This document shows positions 7,707-17,537 of a DNA stretch of 32,000 bases, in pieces (position 1 is the first letter of the stretch; the number at the start of each line of letters is the position of its first letter). The stretch is from Candidatus Saccharimonadota bacterium (lineage in GTDB: Bacteria > Patescibacteriota > Saccharimonadia > Saccharimonadales > Saccharimonadaceae): NCBI GenBank assembly GCA_049296095.1, contig JBAQRV010000001.1, forward strand, positions 120,001-152,000, in the 5' to 3' direction. The translations under genes and the position numbers were made by a program. Under the pieces are notes generated by a model. That model saw nothing but the letters and a program-made list of their open reading frames with translations. It was not told the DNA's origin and made no database searches.

Positions 7707-9029
7707 ATGATAAATATCTTTGATGATCAAAAAGCTATAGATGAGTCCAACTTTCTTGAATACGACATTAGAAAGCTGAGTGGTGCAAATACACTAGTAC
7801 AATACCGAGAAGCCATTGCTAGACTCGATGAGATTAGAGCGGTGCTCCAGATAATTAGGAATATTAACCGCATTAACGAAGTCGGTAATCGAGCATACTA
7901 TATTGAGGCACTACGATGGCTGAAGGGCGAAACGGCACTCAACAATTGGCATCATGTTCCGCACACTCCAGATCTAACGGTAATGCAGCCAGAAATAGCA
8001 CAGGCATTTGACTTATATACGCAGCAGTTAAAACAAAATTTGTCATCTGAAGTTTTGTATTCCCAAACTGAACTTGCAATTCAGGTTGCACCGCTCGTTA
8101 AGGCTCGACCGGTTGTCAAAACAGTAGAAAAGGTCGTGGAAGTAGCTCGTGATGATATTACAAACATTGCGTCCGTCCAGAAATCCGAGCTAGAAGCCTT
8201 AAAGAATGAGGTACAAAACAATGTCAGTGCTAGTATTAATCAAGCTCGGCAGGATTCAGAAGCGAACTTTAGGTCAATAATTGCTGATAGTTATAATCAA
8301 ATCGACGAGAGGACTAATAACGCAATCAGTAAAGTACGCCAAGCAACTAACCTTAGGGATTGGGGCGAGGTCTACGACACAAACGTATTTGAGATATCTG
8401 AGAAATTATATGGTAGAAATACTAGCAGCGTGCTTCAACGGAATGCTGACTCATTAGTTCAAAAACTCAAAAATGTTTCTAGGGAGCGAAAGTCAATTAA
8501 TTGGTGGAAGCTATTCCTAAAAGCAGGTTATATAGTGTTCAAGAATTTCACGTCTCTCATAACCATAAGTCTATCGAAATTAACCAGTATCGCCGGACGC
8601 AGAACGATTAGTTTTCTTCTTCTTGCTACGAGTGCCGTTGTAATCGCGGCATTACCATTAATAGCGATCATTACGGGCGATGAAAGGCTACATATTTTTA
8701 ACCCTTCAGATCCTATTCAGTGGATTACTAAAATTACAATATGGCTTCCAATCATAATAATCTTCAGTTTAGCCTACTCGTTTACAACTAAAAATTATCG
8801 TATCTATGCGAATATGCTAGATCAGTACAAACATCGGCGTGCTGTTGCAAAAACAGCTCAAGGAATAATTCTTAGCATTGATCCTAATTCTGGTGATGCC
8901 AAGCTTCGAGACACCATGACAGCAGCTGCAGCCACCGCACTGTTTGAACATAAAGTGACAGGGCACTTATCTAAAAAAGAGGTTGAATCACTTGGTTTGC
9001 TTGATGTGATCAGGACTATAGGCAAGTAG
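7707..9029 (+). CDS. Hypothetical membrane protein: ~290-aa helical N-terminal region, two TM helices, ~80-aa C-terminal helical tail
   Basis: 440-aa ORF, visibly AT-rich. TM candidates are ISFLLLATSAVVIAALPLIAIITG and ITKITIWLPIIIIFSLAYSFTT. No catalytic motif recognised. Confidence 0.75.
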   Translation: MINIFDDQKAIDESNFLEYDIRKLSGANTLVQYREAIARLDEIRAVLQIIRNINRINEVGNRAYYIEALRWLKGETALNNWHHVPHTPDLTVMQPEIAQAFDLYTQQLKQNLSSEVLYSQTELAIQVAPLVKARPVVKTVEKVVEVARDDITNIASVQKSELEALKNEVQNNVSASINQARQDSEANFRSIIADSYNQIDERTNNAISKVRQATNLRDWGEVYDTNVFEISEKLYGRNTSSVLQRNADSLVQKLKNVSRERKSINWWKLFLKAGYIVFKNFTSLITISLSKLTSIAGRRTISFLLLATSAVVIAALPLIAIITGDERLHIFNPSDPIQWITKITIWLPIIIIFSLAYSFTTKNYRIYANMLDQYKHRRAVAKTAQGIILSIDPNSGDAKLRDTMTAAAATALFEHKVTGHLSKKEVESLGLLDVIRTIGK

Positions 9030-9120
9030 TTTTACTAGATTTTCCCAAGCGGTACGGGCCTGATTACTAGAATTTTTTCCTGAAACACATCCACTATCTC
9101 CAGAGTCAGATGCGACAGTA

Positions 9121-9147
9121 AAATAAGACCCAATAAGGGTCTTATTT
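9121..9147. terminator. Bidirectional rho-independent terminator between convergent genes
   Basis: AAATAAGACCC (9121-9131), loop AATAA, GGGTCTTATTT (9137-9147). Confidence 0.8.
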
Positions 9148-9170
9148 ACTATCAGTGAGCTATCTACAGC

Positions 9171-11795
9171 CTAGTAACTCTTAGAAGCCTCATAGTATCC
9201 GCTATCGACAACTCGTACGCTAATGCTTCCAAGAGGCGATGCAGTGCCTGTATAGGTCGCCTGGTAGGTATTGCCGACTTGTGTGACTGATTGGGCGGCG
9301 CCGTCAACGCTGATAGTGACGCTGCTTATCGAGAAGGTACCTTGAGTTGGGGTGACCTTGATTGTCCAGTTACCAGCAGCTCCAGTCACAACTACTGATG
9401 ATGTGGTTAATCCTGGTGCAATATCACTACATTTATGGACGTCATCGTCAGCCTTTGAGTCGTAACCATCTGGGACATTCGAGTAAGAGTCTTTCTTTGT
9501 CACAGGGTCGGTGACCTTGACGACATCAAGTTCAATCTTTGCGCCAGCTGGAGTACAGTTGGTTGCTTTCTTTTTTGAAACACGGTCAAAGGTAAGTTTG
9601 GCGTTAGTTTGGCCCTGGGTTTTGTTCCACCATGAAGGGTAGACGTCGCCACCGATACGTTGGATGCCGGCAGGTTGGGTGAACCAGTCACCAGATTTCC
9701 ATTTTCCTTCAGCAGCGTAGACTTCCTTGTGAGCAAACTCCATAACCTTGGCAACGATTGGACTACCCAGTGATGAGGTACCGTTCTTTAAGATGGTCGT
9801 ATCTGGGTTACCAAGCCAGACTCCCATAGTGAGGGCAGGACTATAGCTAAACATCCAAAGGTCCTTGGCGTTTCCGCCTTTGTCTGATGTACCAGTCTTG
9901 GTTGCGGTTTTTACACCTGGAATGTTTTTGGCTGCGTAAGATCCGAGGCCAGCGCTGGCATTGACATCGCCCAGGATATCAGTGACGACGTAGGCTGACT
10001 GTTCGCTAATCACTTGTTTGCCGGCTTGGTCGGCCCATTTCTTGAGGACTTCGCCGGAGTTGTTCTTTACTTCAAGCACGCTTGATTGTGGCTTGTAGAC
10101 ACCGCCGCGAGCTAGTGAGGCATATGCATTGACGAGATCAATCTGTTGGATGCCACACCCACCGATTGCGAGTGAGTAGCCGGCATTCTGGTCGTCGCCG
10201 ATTGTACAGTAACTAGTACCACCCATGGCACGGATTGTTTCAAGAGTTGAGCCCTTGGCAGCGTTCTCGTTGATGATCATTGCCTTGACGGCAGGGACGT
10301 TACGAGAGGTTGCCAGGCTGGTACGAATCGGAAGACTTCCTAGGTATTTGCGGTCAGCGTTCTGAAGTTTTGCACCGTAGTATTCGTCAATCGGTTCATC
10401 GACCAAGATACTGCCGCTTCCGTAGTTTTGAGAACCGGCCGGCTTTTGTTCGAACAGCTCAGAGTAGACAAGAGATTTGACTGATGATCCAGGTTGAATT
10501 GAAGCAATGGCAGCGTTGTCCTGACCAAAGCCTTCGTAGGTAAAGTCACGGCTTCCGACGAGGGCGACAATTTGTCCTGTCTGTGAATCCTCAACTGTTG
10601 CCGCACCGTTGGTAAAGCCAGCGTACGCGGGGACATACGAATTAAACATATCGTTCATTGCTTCCTGGAGCTTGTCTTGGATACGGATATCAAGCGTTGT
10701 CTTGACGGTTAGTCCACCCTTACCTACGGTAGCCTTGCCAAGTTCTTGTTCGAGTTGCATGCGAACCATTTGGACGAAGTGAGGTGCTTTAATCCCTTCA
10801 TACTGGCTGACAGCGGGTTTAATCTGGTCAAGGATCGGTACTTTTTTAGCCTCATCTGCCTGCTCTTTAGTGATGTAGCCAACATCGCGCATCGCATTCA
10901 ATACTTCATGTTGACGAGTGATCAGGCCTTCATGACCAGCAACGTTATATGGATCGTAGACTGATGGATTCTGAGGGATCGCAGCAAGTAATGCTGCTTC
11001 TGCGAGCGTCAGGTCCTTTGCGGACTTTCCAAAATACGTCTGTGCACCGGACTCGGCCCCATTTCGACGTCCACCATACGGTGATTCGTTGAGGTAGAGC
11101 GTGAGAATCTGATCCTTGTCATACATCCGTTCGATTTCGATGGCGAGAATTAATTCTTTTATCTTTCGAGGAATACCGCTCAGGCCTCGCTCAGAGGCTT
11201 CGTCTGCAAAGAATACTTGCTTGACTAGCTGTTGTGTGAGGGTTGATCCACCTTGAATGTCGCCGCCGATAGCATTATTAATCGCTGCACGGAGCGTTCC
11301 TGTAATACTGACACCACTGTGTTTAAAGAAATCACGGTCCTCGATGGCGACAGTTGCTTTCTTTAGGTTGTCGCTCAGGTCCTTGCTTTCAACAACCAGT
11401 TTGTAGTTGCCGTCGCCCTTATCTTCCCAGAGGAGCTGGTCGTTGCGGTCATAGTACTTTGTAACGGTCGATTGGACGCGCTTGTCGATTTCACCTGGAC
11501 GGATCTGATCAAGGTCTTTGCGGAAGTAGGCGAATAACCCACCCGTGAGGAGTGCGAGAAGGAGAATGACGACGCCCAGTATTTTGAGTGCCATGAATGC
11601 GCCACGCTTTGAAAACCAGTAGGCCCAGAAGCGCTTAGGGTGCATCTTATAAAAGAAGCGCTTGACGGGATGTTTCGGTAAACTTGCCAAGTACTCGGCG
11701 CGTCGGCGAGAGTCAGCATCCTTTTTTACCTTGCGGCGTTTGGATAGATTGGAATAGACGCTTAACTTGCGCGATGCTGGTTTTTTCTTAGCCAC
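9171..11795 (-). CDS. Class A penicillin-binding protein (PBP1A-type transglycosylase/transpeptidase) with a C-terminal Ig-like extension
   Basis: 874 aa with a GTG start. Lys-rich N-terminus plus TM anchor. GT51 motifs EDRDFFKHSGV, GGSTLTQQ, RKIKE. Transpeptidase motifs SSVK (SxxK), SRN, KTGT. Confidence 0.93.
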   Translation of the reverse strand: MAKKKPASRKLSVYSNLSKRRKVKKDADSRRRAEYLASLPKHPVKRFFYKMHPKRFWAYWFSKRGAFMALKILGVVILLLALLTGGLFAYFRKDLDQIRPGEIDKRVQSTVTKYYDRNDQLLWEDKGDGNYKLVVESKDLSDNLKKATVAIEDRDFFKHSGVSITGTLRAAINNAIGGDIQGGSTLTQQLVKQVFFADEASERGLSGIPRKIKELILAIEIERMYDKDQILTLYLNESPYGGRRNGAESGAQTYFGKSAKDLTLAEAALLAAIPQNPSVYDPYNVAGHEGLITRQHEVLNAMRDVGYITKEQADEAKKVPILDQIKPAVSQYEGIKAPHFVQMVRMQLEQELGKATVGKGGLTVKTTLDIRIQDKLQEAMNDMFNSYVPAYAGFTNGAATVEDSQTGQIVALVGSRDFTYEGFGQDNAAIASIQPGSSVKSLVYSELFEQKPAGSQNYGSGSILVDEPIDEYYGAKLQNADRKYLGSLPIRTSLATSRNVPAVKAMIINENAAKGSTLETIRAMGGTSYCTIGDDQNAGYSLAIGGCGIQQIDLVNAYASLARGGVYKPQSSVLEVKNNSGEVLKKWADQAGKQVISEQSAYVVTDILGDVNASAGLGSYAAKNIPGVKTATKTGTSDKGGNAKDLWMFSYSPALTMGVWLGNPDTTILKNGTSSLGSPIVAKVMEFAHKEVYAAEGKWKSGDWFTQPAGIQRIGGDVYPSWWNKTQGQTNAKLTFDRVSKKKATNCTPAGAKIELDVVKVTDPVTKKDSYSNVPDGYDSKADDDVHKCSDIAPGLTTSSVVVTGAAGNWTIKVTPTQGTFSISSVTISVDGAAQSVTQVGNTYQATYTGTASPLGSISVRVVDSGYYEASKSY

Positions 11796-11917
11796 GTATC
11801 ATATTTCCCATAAGCAATATCACTCACCATTATAGCATTAAATTCAGTGCGTAAAGCCCGAATATTTGATATACTTACCAAAGTAATAACAGATAAGAAG
11901 ATGGGAAGAATACTATC

Positions 11918-13132
11918 ATGAAGCTCTCTGAAGAGTTAGCCTGGCGCGGATTCGTCAATCAAATGACCTTCGCCGACATTACCGAACTTGATAAAGGCCC
12001 CATCTCTTTCTATTGGGGGGTTGATCCGAGCGCAGATAGCATGACTATCGGTAACTTGGCGGCCGCAATGATGGTTCGTCACTTTATTCAAGCCGGCCAT
12101 AAAGCTTTCTTACTCGTCGGTGGAGCAACTGGCATGATCGGTGACCCAGATGGCAAGAAGGACGAGCGTAATTTGTTAAGTCTCGAAGATATTGCTCGTA
12201 ATAAGGCAGCTATCGCCGAGCAGTATAAAACTGTTTTTGCTGGGCAGGATTTTGAAACCGTTGATAATTATGACTGGTTTAAGAATATTAACTACCTTGA
12301 TTTCCTGCGGAATGTGGGCAAGCATGTGCCGCTTTCACAGATGCTCAGTCGGGAGTTTGTTCAATCACGCCTTGGTGAGGATGGCGCTGGCATTAGTTAC
12401 GCCGAGTTTAGTTATTCTTTGATTCAGGGGTACGATTTTCTTCATTTGAACCGAGAGTATGGCGTCACGCTGCAGCTTTGCGGCGCTGACCAATGGGGCA
12501 ATTCAATTGCTGGTGTGGACCTGATTCGACGCTTGGAAAGTAAAGTTGCCCATGTTTATTCAACACCGCTCATCGTGAATAAAACGACAGGTGTGAAATT
12601 TGGCAAATCTGAAGAAGGTGCAATTTGGCTCGATCCAAATAAGACCAGTGTTTTCAAGTTTTATCAATTCTGGTTGAACGCTGACGATGCAGGTGTGGTG
12701 TCTTACGCAAAGATCTTTACATTGCTTGATAAGAGTGCGATTACCGAAATGGAAATACAAGTTTCTGAGAACCCTGGCGCTCGCGAGGCGCAAAAGACCT
12801 TGGCACGCGAGGTGACAAAAATCGTCCATGGGGAAGAGCGTGCGGCTAGTGTGGAGCGCGTGACGGCTGTCTTGTTTGGCGGGCGATCTATTGCAGAGCT
12901 TTCTGTAGAGGATATCGATGTTCTCGCCGCTGAAATCCCGACTTTTGAAAAAGGGAAGAGTGTGATCGAGCTTCTTGTTGATTCTGAGAATGCTAGTAGT
13001 AATGGCGATGCCCGTCGTTTGATAGAAGGTGGGGCTATTTCTGTGAATGGGGATAAGGTGAGTGATGATGTTTCTATTGCAGAACTTTCCCTTGTCAAAA
13101 AAGGCAAGAATAGCTTCATTCTTGTGCGCTAA
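11918..13132 (+). CDS. tyrS: Tyrosine--tRNA ligase
   Basis: 404 aa. GVDPSADSMTIGNL (HIGH-region variant). KFGKS (KMSKS). C-terminal S4-like RNA-binding domain. Confidence 0.92.
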   Translation: MKLSEELAWRGFVNQMTFADITELDKGPISFYWGVDPSADSMTIGNLAAAMMVRHFIQAGHKAFLLVGGATGMIGDPDGKKDERNLLSLEDIARNKAAIAEQYKTVFAGQDFETVDNYDWFKNINYLDFLRNVGKHVPLSQMLSREFVQSRLGEDGAGISYAEFSYSLIQGYDFLHLNREYGVTLQLCGADQWGNSIAGVDLIRRLESKVAHVYSTPLIVNKTTGVKFGKSEEGAIWLDPNKTSVFKFYQFWLNADDAGVVSYAKIFTLLDKSAITEMEIQVSENPGAREAQKTLAREVTKIVHGEERAASVERVTAVLFGGRSIAELSVEDIDVLAAEIPTFEKGKSVIELLVDSENASSNGDARRLIEGGAISVNGDKVSDDVSIAELSLVKKGKNSFILVR

Positions 13133-13146
13133 GCTACTATAGAGAT

Positions 13147-15177
13147 ATGAACCTAACGACAAGCCTCGACCATATCAAAGGTGTGGGAGAAAAAACTGCC
13201 GAGCAATTTGCTCTGGCTGGTTTGCATACGGTTAACGATCTCATTACTTTTCTCCCTCGCGCCTATGAGGATTTTTCAGAAGTGACCTCAATTGCTGACA
13301 TCTCTCCTGGAAAACGGACGATCAAGGCGAGATGCGAGAAGATAGCTACCCGACCAGTTCGTCGAGGGCTACGTATCACTACGGCAACGCTTTATGATGA
13401 TACCGGCAAGTTACAGGCAGTTTGGTTTAACCAGCCGTACCGCGAGAAACAATTAAAAACTGGCGAAGAGTTTTATTTCTCTGGTGAGTTTGAATTTAAT
13501 TTCAATCGCTACCAACTGTCCAATCCGAGTGCCGAGAAAGTGAGCGAGATGCCGGTTCAAACCGATCGAATCCTGCCGATATATCGGGCAATTCATGGCC
13601 TAAAGACGCCACTAGTCCGTAAGATCCTTAGTGAGTTACGGCCGTTGATGACGATGCTGCCTGAGACATTGCCAGAGTCGATTGTGAAAAGTGAAAAGCT
13701 GATGAGTCGAGCTGAGGCAATCACTGCCATGCATTTTCCAGAGAGCGCTGAGGAAATCGCTCGGGCTAAGGAACGGATTGGATTCGAGGAGTTATTCGCC
13801 CTACTCCTTGCCAGTCAATTGAACCGCCAAGAAAATGCCAAGCTTCACGGCTGGAAAATTCCTTTCAATCAGGCAGTTGTGAAAGCCTTTGTCGAGAAAC
13901 TGCCGTTCAGGCTCACAGGCGCACAGCGATCGGCTGCCTGGGAAATATTACAGGATTTTGAGAAGGATGCGCCGATGAATCGGTTGCTACAGGGTGATGT
14001 TGGTTCTGGCAAGACGGTAGTGGCAGGGTTGGCAGCGCGCCAGGCAGCCCATGAGGGGTTTCAGACTGCCTTGATGGCACCGACTGAGATCTTGGCCTCA
14101 CAACATGCAGAGACGCTTAACAATTTATTATCTCCGTTTGGCGTGTCGGTAGGGCTTTTAACAGGAAGTGTCAAAGGCAAGGTGCGCGAACAACTCTATA
14201 AGGCTATTAAAGACGGCAGTGTCGATGTCGTGGTCGGGACGCACGCGCTTATTCAATCTGGCGTCGAGTTCCATCGCCTCGGCTTTGTGGTCATTGACGA
14301 ACAGCACCGCTTTGGGGTGAACCAGCGACAGGAATTATTAAAGAAATCTCAGCGCATGCCGCACCTGCTGGCGATGACGGCAACGCCGATTCCGCGTAGC
14401 CTTGCCCTAACAGTTTATGGTGAATTAGATGTTTCGATCCTCAATGAACGACCGAAAGATCGAAAAGATATCGCCACTAAAATTTGGTCACCGAACAGTC
14501 GGCCACAACTCTACGCACTGATGGAAGAACAGTTGAAGCAGGGACGACAAGCCTACGTTATCTGCAGCTTGATCGATAATAATCCAGGGAATGAACTCAA
14601 AAGCGTCCAGGCCGAATTTAAACGCCTCGATGTCGGCGTATTTAAGCACCGTCGGATCGGCTTACTACATGGCAAATTGAAACCGTCAGAAAAAGAGGCG
14701 GTCATGCGACAGTTCTCTGAGGGTGAGATTGATATTTTGGTGAGTACGACCGTTGTTGAGGTGGGTGTTGATGTACCGAACGCGACCGTTATATTGATCG
14801 AAGACGCTGATCGCTTTGGACTGGCTCAATTACACCAGCTGCGAGGGCGGGTTGGGCGCTCTTCTTACCAAAGCTATTGTTACTTAATGACTAGTGGTTC
14901 AAATGCACCGACCCAGCGATTGAAAGAAATCGAAAAGAGTAACGACGGGTTCTATTTGGCAGAGGTTGACCTTAAACTCCGTGGGCCAGGTGAGATATAC
15001 GGACGCGCTCAGCACGGTGAACTAAACCTCCAGGTAGCAAGCCTAGCGGACACACGACTGGTCTGGCGGATTCAAAAAGTCGCTGAGGCGTTCGTAAGCG
15101 GCGGGGGAAGTCTGCTAAAATATAAGCAGTTAGCTCACGACGTGCAACACTATCAACGTCTGACGACATTAAACTAA
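13147..15177 (+). CDS. recG: ATP-dependent DNA helicase RecG
   Basis: 676 aa. N-terminal wedge/OB region. GDVGSGKT. VIDEQHRFG (DEQH). QLRGRVGR. Confidence 0.95.
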   Translation: MNLTTSLDHIKGVGEKTAEQFALAGLHTVNDLITFLPRAYEDFSEVTSIADISPGKRTIKARCEKIATRPVRRGLRITTATLYDDTGKLQAVWFNQPYREKQLKTGEEFYFSGEFEFNFNRYQLSNPSAEKVSEMPVQTDRILPIYRAIHGLKTPLVRKILSELRPLMTMLPETLPESIVKSEKLMSRAEAITAMHFPESAEEIARAKERIGFEELFALLLASQLNRQENAKLHGWKIPFNQAVVKAFVEKLPFRLTGAQRSAAWEILQDFEKDAPMNRLLQGDVGSGKTVVAGLAARQAAHEGFQTALMAPTEILASQHAETLNNLLSPFGVSVGLLTGSVKGKVREQLYKAIKDGSVDVVVGTHALIQSGVEFHRLGFVVIDEQHRFGVNQRQELLKKSQRMPHLLAMTATPIPRSLALTVYGELDVSILNERPKDRKDIATKIWSPNSRPQLYALMEEQLKQGRQAYVICSLIDNNPGNELKSVQAEFKRLDVGVFKHRRIGLLHGKLKPSEKEAVMRQFSEGEIDILVSTTVVEVGVDVPNATVILIEDADRFGLAQLHQLRGRVGRSSYQSYCYLMTSGSNAPTQRLKEIEKSNDGFYLAEVDLKLRGPGEIYGRAQHGELNLQVASLADTRLVWRIQKVAEAFVSGGGSLLKYKQLAHDVQHYQRLTTLN

Positions 15178-15181
15178 TATT

Positions 15182-15985
15182 ATGTATTCTGGAACTACTA
15201 TCGGTAAAAGATCCGGCCACCTTATAGGTGTTCATCAACGTATCGATCGGATTGCACGGCGGAAGTTAGCGACTCTTCCTAAAACAGAGCATTTTCCGAC
15301 TATCCAGCAGATCCTTCATTTTGAAGGCAATAATGGCCCAGATGGAATAAAACGCAAAAGCCCGTCCATCGACGAACCCTGGCACTATATTAACCCTGAA
15401 AAATTTGATGATCGATCGTTGATTGACATGATCATCGATCATCAGGTGAACTTGGCACAGGCGCTGACGTCAAAGAATGAGGAGCGGGCAGCCTTTGAAG
15501 CGGCCTGGATGGCCCATGCAATTGTCGATGGTCTCACCCCGGCGCACCACTTTCCATTGGGTGATAAGATTGAAGAACTTTTCGGTATCCCTCATTACGA
15601 ACGTCAGACGGTAAAAGACAAGAATATTATCAAAGGGGTAAATCGACGGGATACATTATCGAAGAACTGGCAGTACTGGGGTAGTCGCGGTGTGATAATG
15701 AGTCACTTCTGGTTTGAGATAGGTATCGCTATGTCGATTCTCGGCAAAAGATTCTCTAAGGTGGTGATACAGGCCGAAGATATCGACCAACTAAAAAATG
15801 AAGGCTATGAAGCGGTGTTTCGTCGAATTCTTAAAGAAGTGTTCGATTTGCAAGCGTACGAAGCCTATATCAAGAGTGGGTGGGATGTGCGTTTGGCACG
15901 CAGAGTGCGCCTCGAATTAATACCGCTCATTGTTAAGGCAGTGACCCTCGGCTGGTATGCTGGGGTTATGGGGATAAAAAGGTGA
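15182..15985 (+). CDS. Hypothetical protein, phospholipase C / P1-nuclease-like His/Asp metal-site pattern
   Basis: 267 aa. GHLIGVHQRID, WHYINP and AWMAHAIVDGLTPAHH resemble the H..D...P.H metal-ligand segments of the Zn-dependent PLC/S1-P1 superfamily. Tightly packed between recG and rsmD. Confidence 0.55.
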   Translation: MYSGTTIGKRSGHLIGVHQRIDRIARRKLATLPKTEHFPTIQQILHFEGNNGPDGIKRKSPSIDEPWHYINPEKFDDRSLIDMIIDHQVNLAQALTSKNEERAAFEAAWMAHAIVDGLTPAHHFPLGDKIEELFGIPHYERQTVKDKNIIKGVNRRDTLSKNWQYWGSRGVIMSHFWFEIGIAMSILGKRFSKVVIQAEDIDQLKNEGYEAVFRRILKEVFDLQAYEAYIKSGWDVRLARRVRLELIPLIVKAVTLGWYAGVMGIKR

Positions 15986-16524
15986 ACGTTCGGATTATAG
16001 CCGGCGAATTTGGCGGTCGAGTCATTGAGGGCTCAGGAACGGATCGAACTCATCCGATGAGCGAGCGGATTCGAAATGCTCTTTTTAATAAAGTTGCCGA
16101 CGAGCTAGATGGGGCGGTCGTACTCGACGCTTTTGCGGGCAGCGGCGCGATAGGTCTCGAGGCATTGAGCCGCGGGGCGTCAAGGGTGGTGTTTGTTGAA
16201 AAGGATCATATTGCTGCCAAGATTATTGAGAATAACATTTCGAAGCTAAAGGTCGGTTCGCGCACACAGCTGGTCAAAGCACCAGTTGCGGGTTGGTCAG
16301 AGAGAGCGGACGAATTATTCGATGTCATATTTGCTGACCCCCCTTATCATGATCCACAGTTATCCACAGTTTCACGATTATTCAAACTTCTAAAACCCAA
16401 TGGGCTTATGGTACTATCATACCCAGGTATAGGTGAGGTGCCGACCGAAACAGGAGTTGTTGTGGTGGACAATCGTAGTTACGGAAATGCGGCTCTCGCG
16501 TTTTACCGGAAAAAGGACGCTTAG
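15982..16524 (+). CDS. rsmD: 16S rRNA (guanine966-N2)-methyltransferase RsmD
   Basis: 180 aa. DAFAGSGAIGLE SAM motif. FADPPYH (DPPY). GTGA start/stop overlap with the upstream gene. Confidence 0.9.
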   Translation: MNVRIIAGEFGGRVIEGSGTDRTHPMSERIRNALFNKVADELDGAVVLDAFAGSGAIGLEALSRGASRVVFVEKDHIAAKIIENNISKLKVGSRTQLVKAPVAGWSERADELFDVIFADPPYHDPQLSTVSRLFKLLKPNGLMVLSYPGIGEVPTETGVVVVDNRSYGNAALAFYRKKDA

Positions 16525-16534
16525 GCGTCCTTTT
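16511..16534 (+). terminator. Rho-independent terminator overlapping the rsmD stop codon
   Basis: AAAAGGACGC (16511-16520), loop TTAG, GCGTCCTTTT (16525-16534), then GATTTG. Confidence 0.8.
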
Positions 16535-16557
16535 GATTTGTGAGATAATAAATATGA

Positions 16558-17154
16558 ATGGACGAACGAGCTCTCATCGAAGCCAATAACTATTCAAATG
16601 ATGAACGGTTAGCGACGCTCGGACTCGCTATATATAAGGGATGGGATACTGAGCTTGCTGAGCAGCTCGTCGAGCGATCAAAAGAGGCTACCATAAAATT
16701 GATGACACCTCGAGATAGTGCGGAACGATTCCCGACCGTTTCGAAGGCACATGAGTGGTATAACAGCCGACCAAAGGTAGTTTATAGTTTATCGAAGGCG
16801 GCTGAACTTGCTGGGGTGATTTGGTTCTCAGAACAGCCGTATCGAGGGGCAGATAAAACGTTTGCAATCCGTTTATATGATTCAGTCAGGGGCCGAGGGC
16901 TTGCAAAATCATTTGCAAAGGCTGCTCACTTAGATCATGAACTATTGGGCGGGTACGATGGTGATACATGGCTCGAAACAGGCGCAGAGAACATCGCCGC
17001 ACAAGGCTTATTTGTACAAATGAGATATCAAAGGATAAAAGATCTCACTATTCCATCTGACAGGGTACGGATGATGCGGACAGGTATCGCCACTCGCTTA
17101 AATGAGGGCTTTCAATGGTGGAATAAAGGTGGCGCAACCTACGACGTCGAGTAG
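16558..17154 (+). CDS. GNAT-family N-acetyltransferase-like protein
   Basis: 198 aa. RGRGLAKSF fits the acetyl-CoA R/Q-x-x-G-x-G/A motif. It is followed by WLETGAENIAAQGLF (N..A..L-type helix). TGAGATAAT (16541-16549) lies 8 nt before the ATG and there is no SD. Confidence 0.6.
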   Translation: MDERALIEANNYSNDERLATLGLAIYKGWDTELAEQLVERSKEATIKLMTPRDSAERFPTVSKAHEWYNSRPKVVYSLSKAAELAGVIWFSEQPYRGADKTFAIRLYDSVRGRGLAKSFAKAAHLDHELLGGYDGDTWLETGAENIAAQGLFVQMRYQRIKDLTIPSDRVRMMRTGIATRLNEGFQWWNKGGATYDVE

Positions 17155-17210
17155 TTCAACGTGATAGGTTGCGAGAGGCGGGGAGGCACTCTCGCGTGAA
17201 CCAGGCCGTG

Positions 17211-17537
17211 CTACACGGGGTCCGATTCGGGGTGTTCGATGAGTGCGCCGAGGTAGGTGCTTGGCGTGCGCCGCAACAGATCGATAATAGCAGCATCGAT
17301 CGGTGTGTCGTACAGCCAGCATGTCTTGGTGTTCTCGCGTGTCAGTGCCTGGCACTGTGCGAGCTCACCAGACGGCAAGGCGTACTCGAAGGTGGTGATG
17401 ACGATTGGCTGGTGGTTACCAGTAACCTTATCACTGAGAACATATCGCTTGTTCTTCAGCGGGCCCTCGTGGATGACGAGGACGCCGCCCTTGAGGATGT
17501 GGTAGGTGAATACCGTTGTCGTACCAATGATTTTCAT
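17211..17537 (-). CDS. Hypothetical protein, GC-rich ORFan (108 aa from the ATG at 17537-17535)
   Basis: GGGAG SD lies 7-8 nt upstream of the internal ATG (MKIIGTTTVF...). A consensus promoter and an operator lie upstream. The 24 extra residues in the ORF-track call would run through that promoter. Confidence 0.65.
   Translation of the reverse strand: MKIIGTTTVFTYHILKGGVLVIHEGPLKNKRYVLSDKVTGNHQPIVITTFEYALPSGELAQCQALTRENTKTCWLYDTPIDAAIIDLLRRTPSTYLGALIEHPESDPV

Noticed and set aside
9032-9080. Direct repeat TTACTAGA(A)TTTT(TT)CC, two copies 32 nt apart, downstream of the 440-aa gene
   Set aside because: Only an 8-nt exact core plus a T-run is shared. It is easily explained by chance in AT-rich intergenic DNA, and no associated structure was found.
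11796-11917. Looked for a T-box leader upstream of tyrS (and of hisS)
   Set aside because: The tyrS leader region is only ~120 nt and contains no T-box-like AGGGTGGTACCGCG-type sequence or specifier/antiterminator architecture. hisS has no leader at all because its start overlaps the upstream gene.
12560-13162. 200-aa and 138-aa minus-strand ORFs antisense to tyrS
   Set aside because: They are shadow ORFs opposite a well-supported aaRS gene, with low-complexity translations.
17155-17210. GCGAGAG...CTCTCGC hairpin between the convergent GNAT and the 108-aa gene, considered as a terminator
   Set aside because: A 7-bp stem with a ~12-nt loop and no flanking T-tract on either strand. The support is too weak to annotate.
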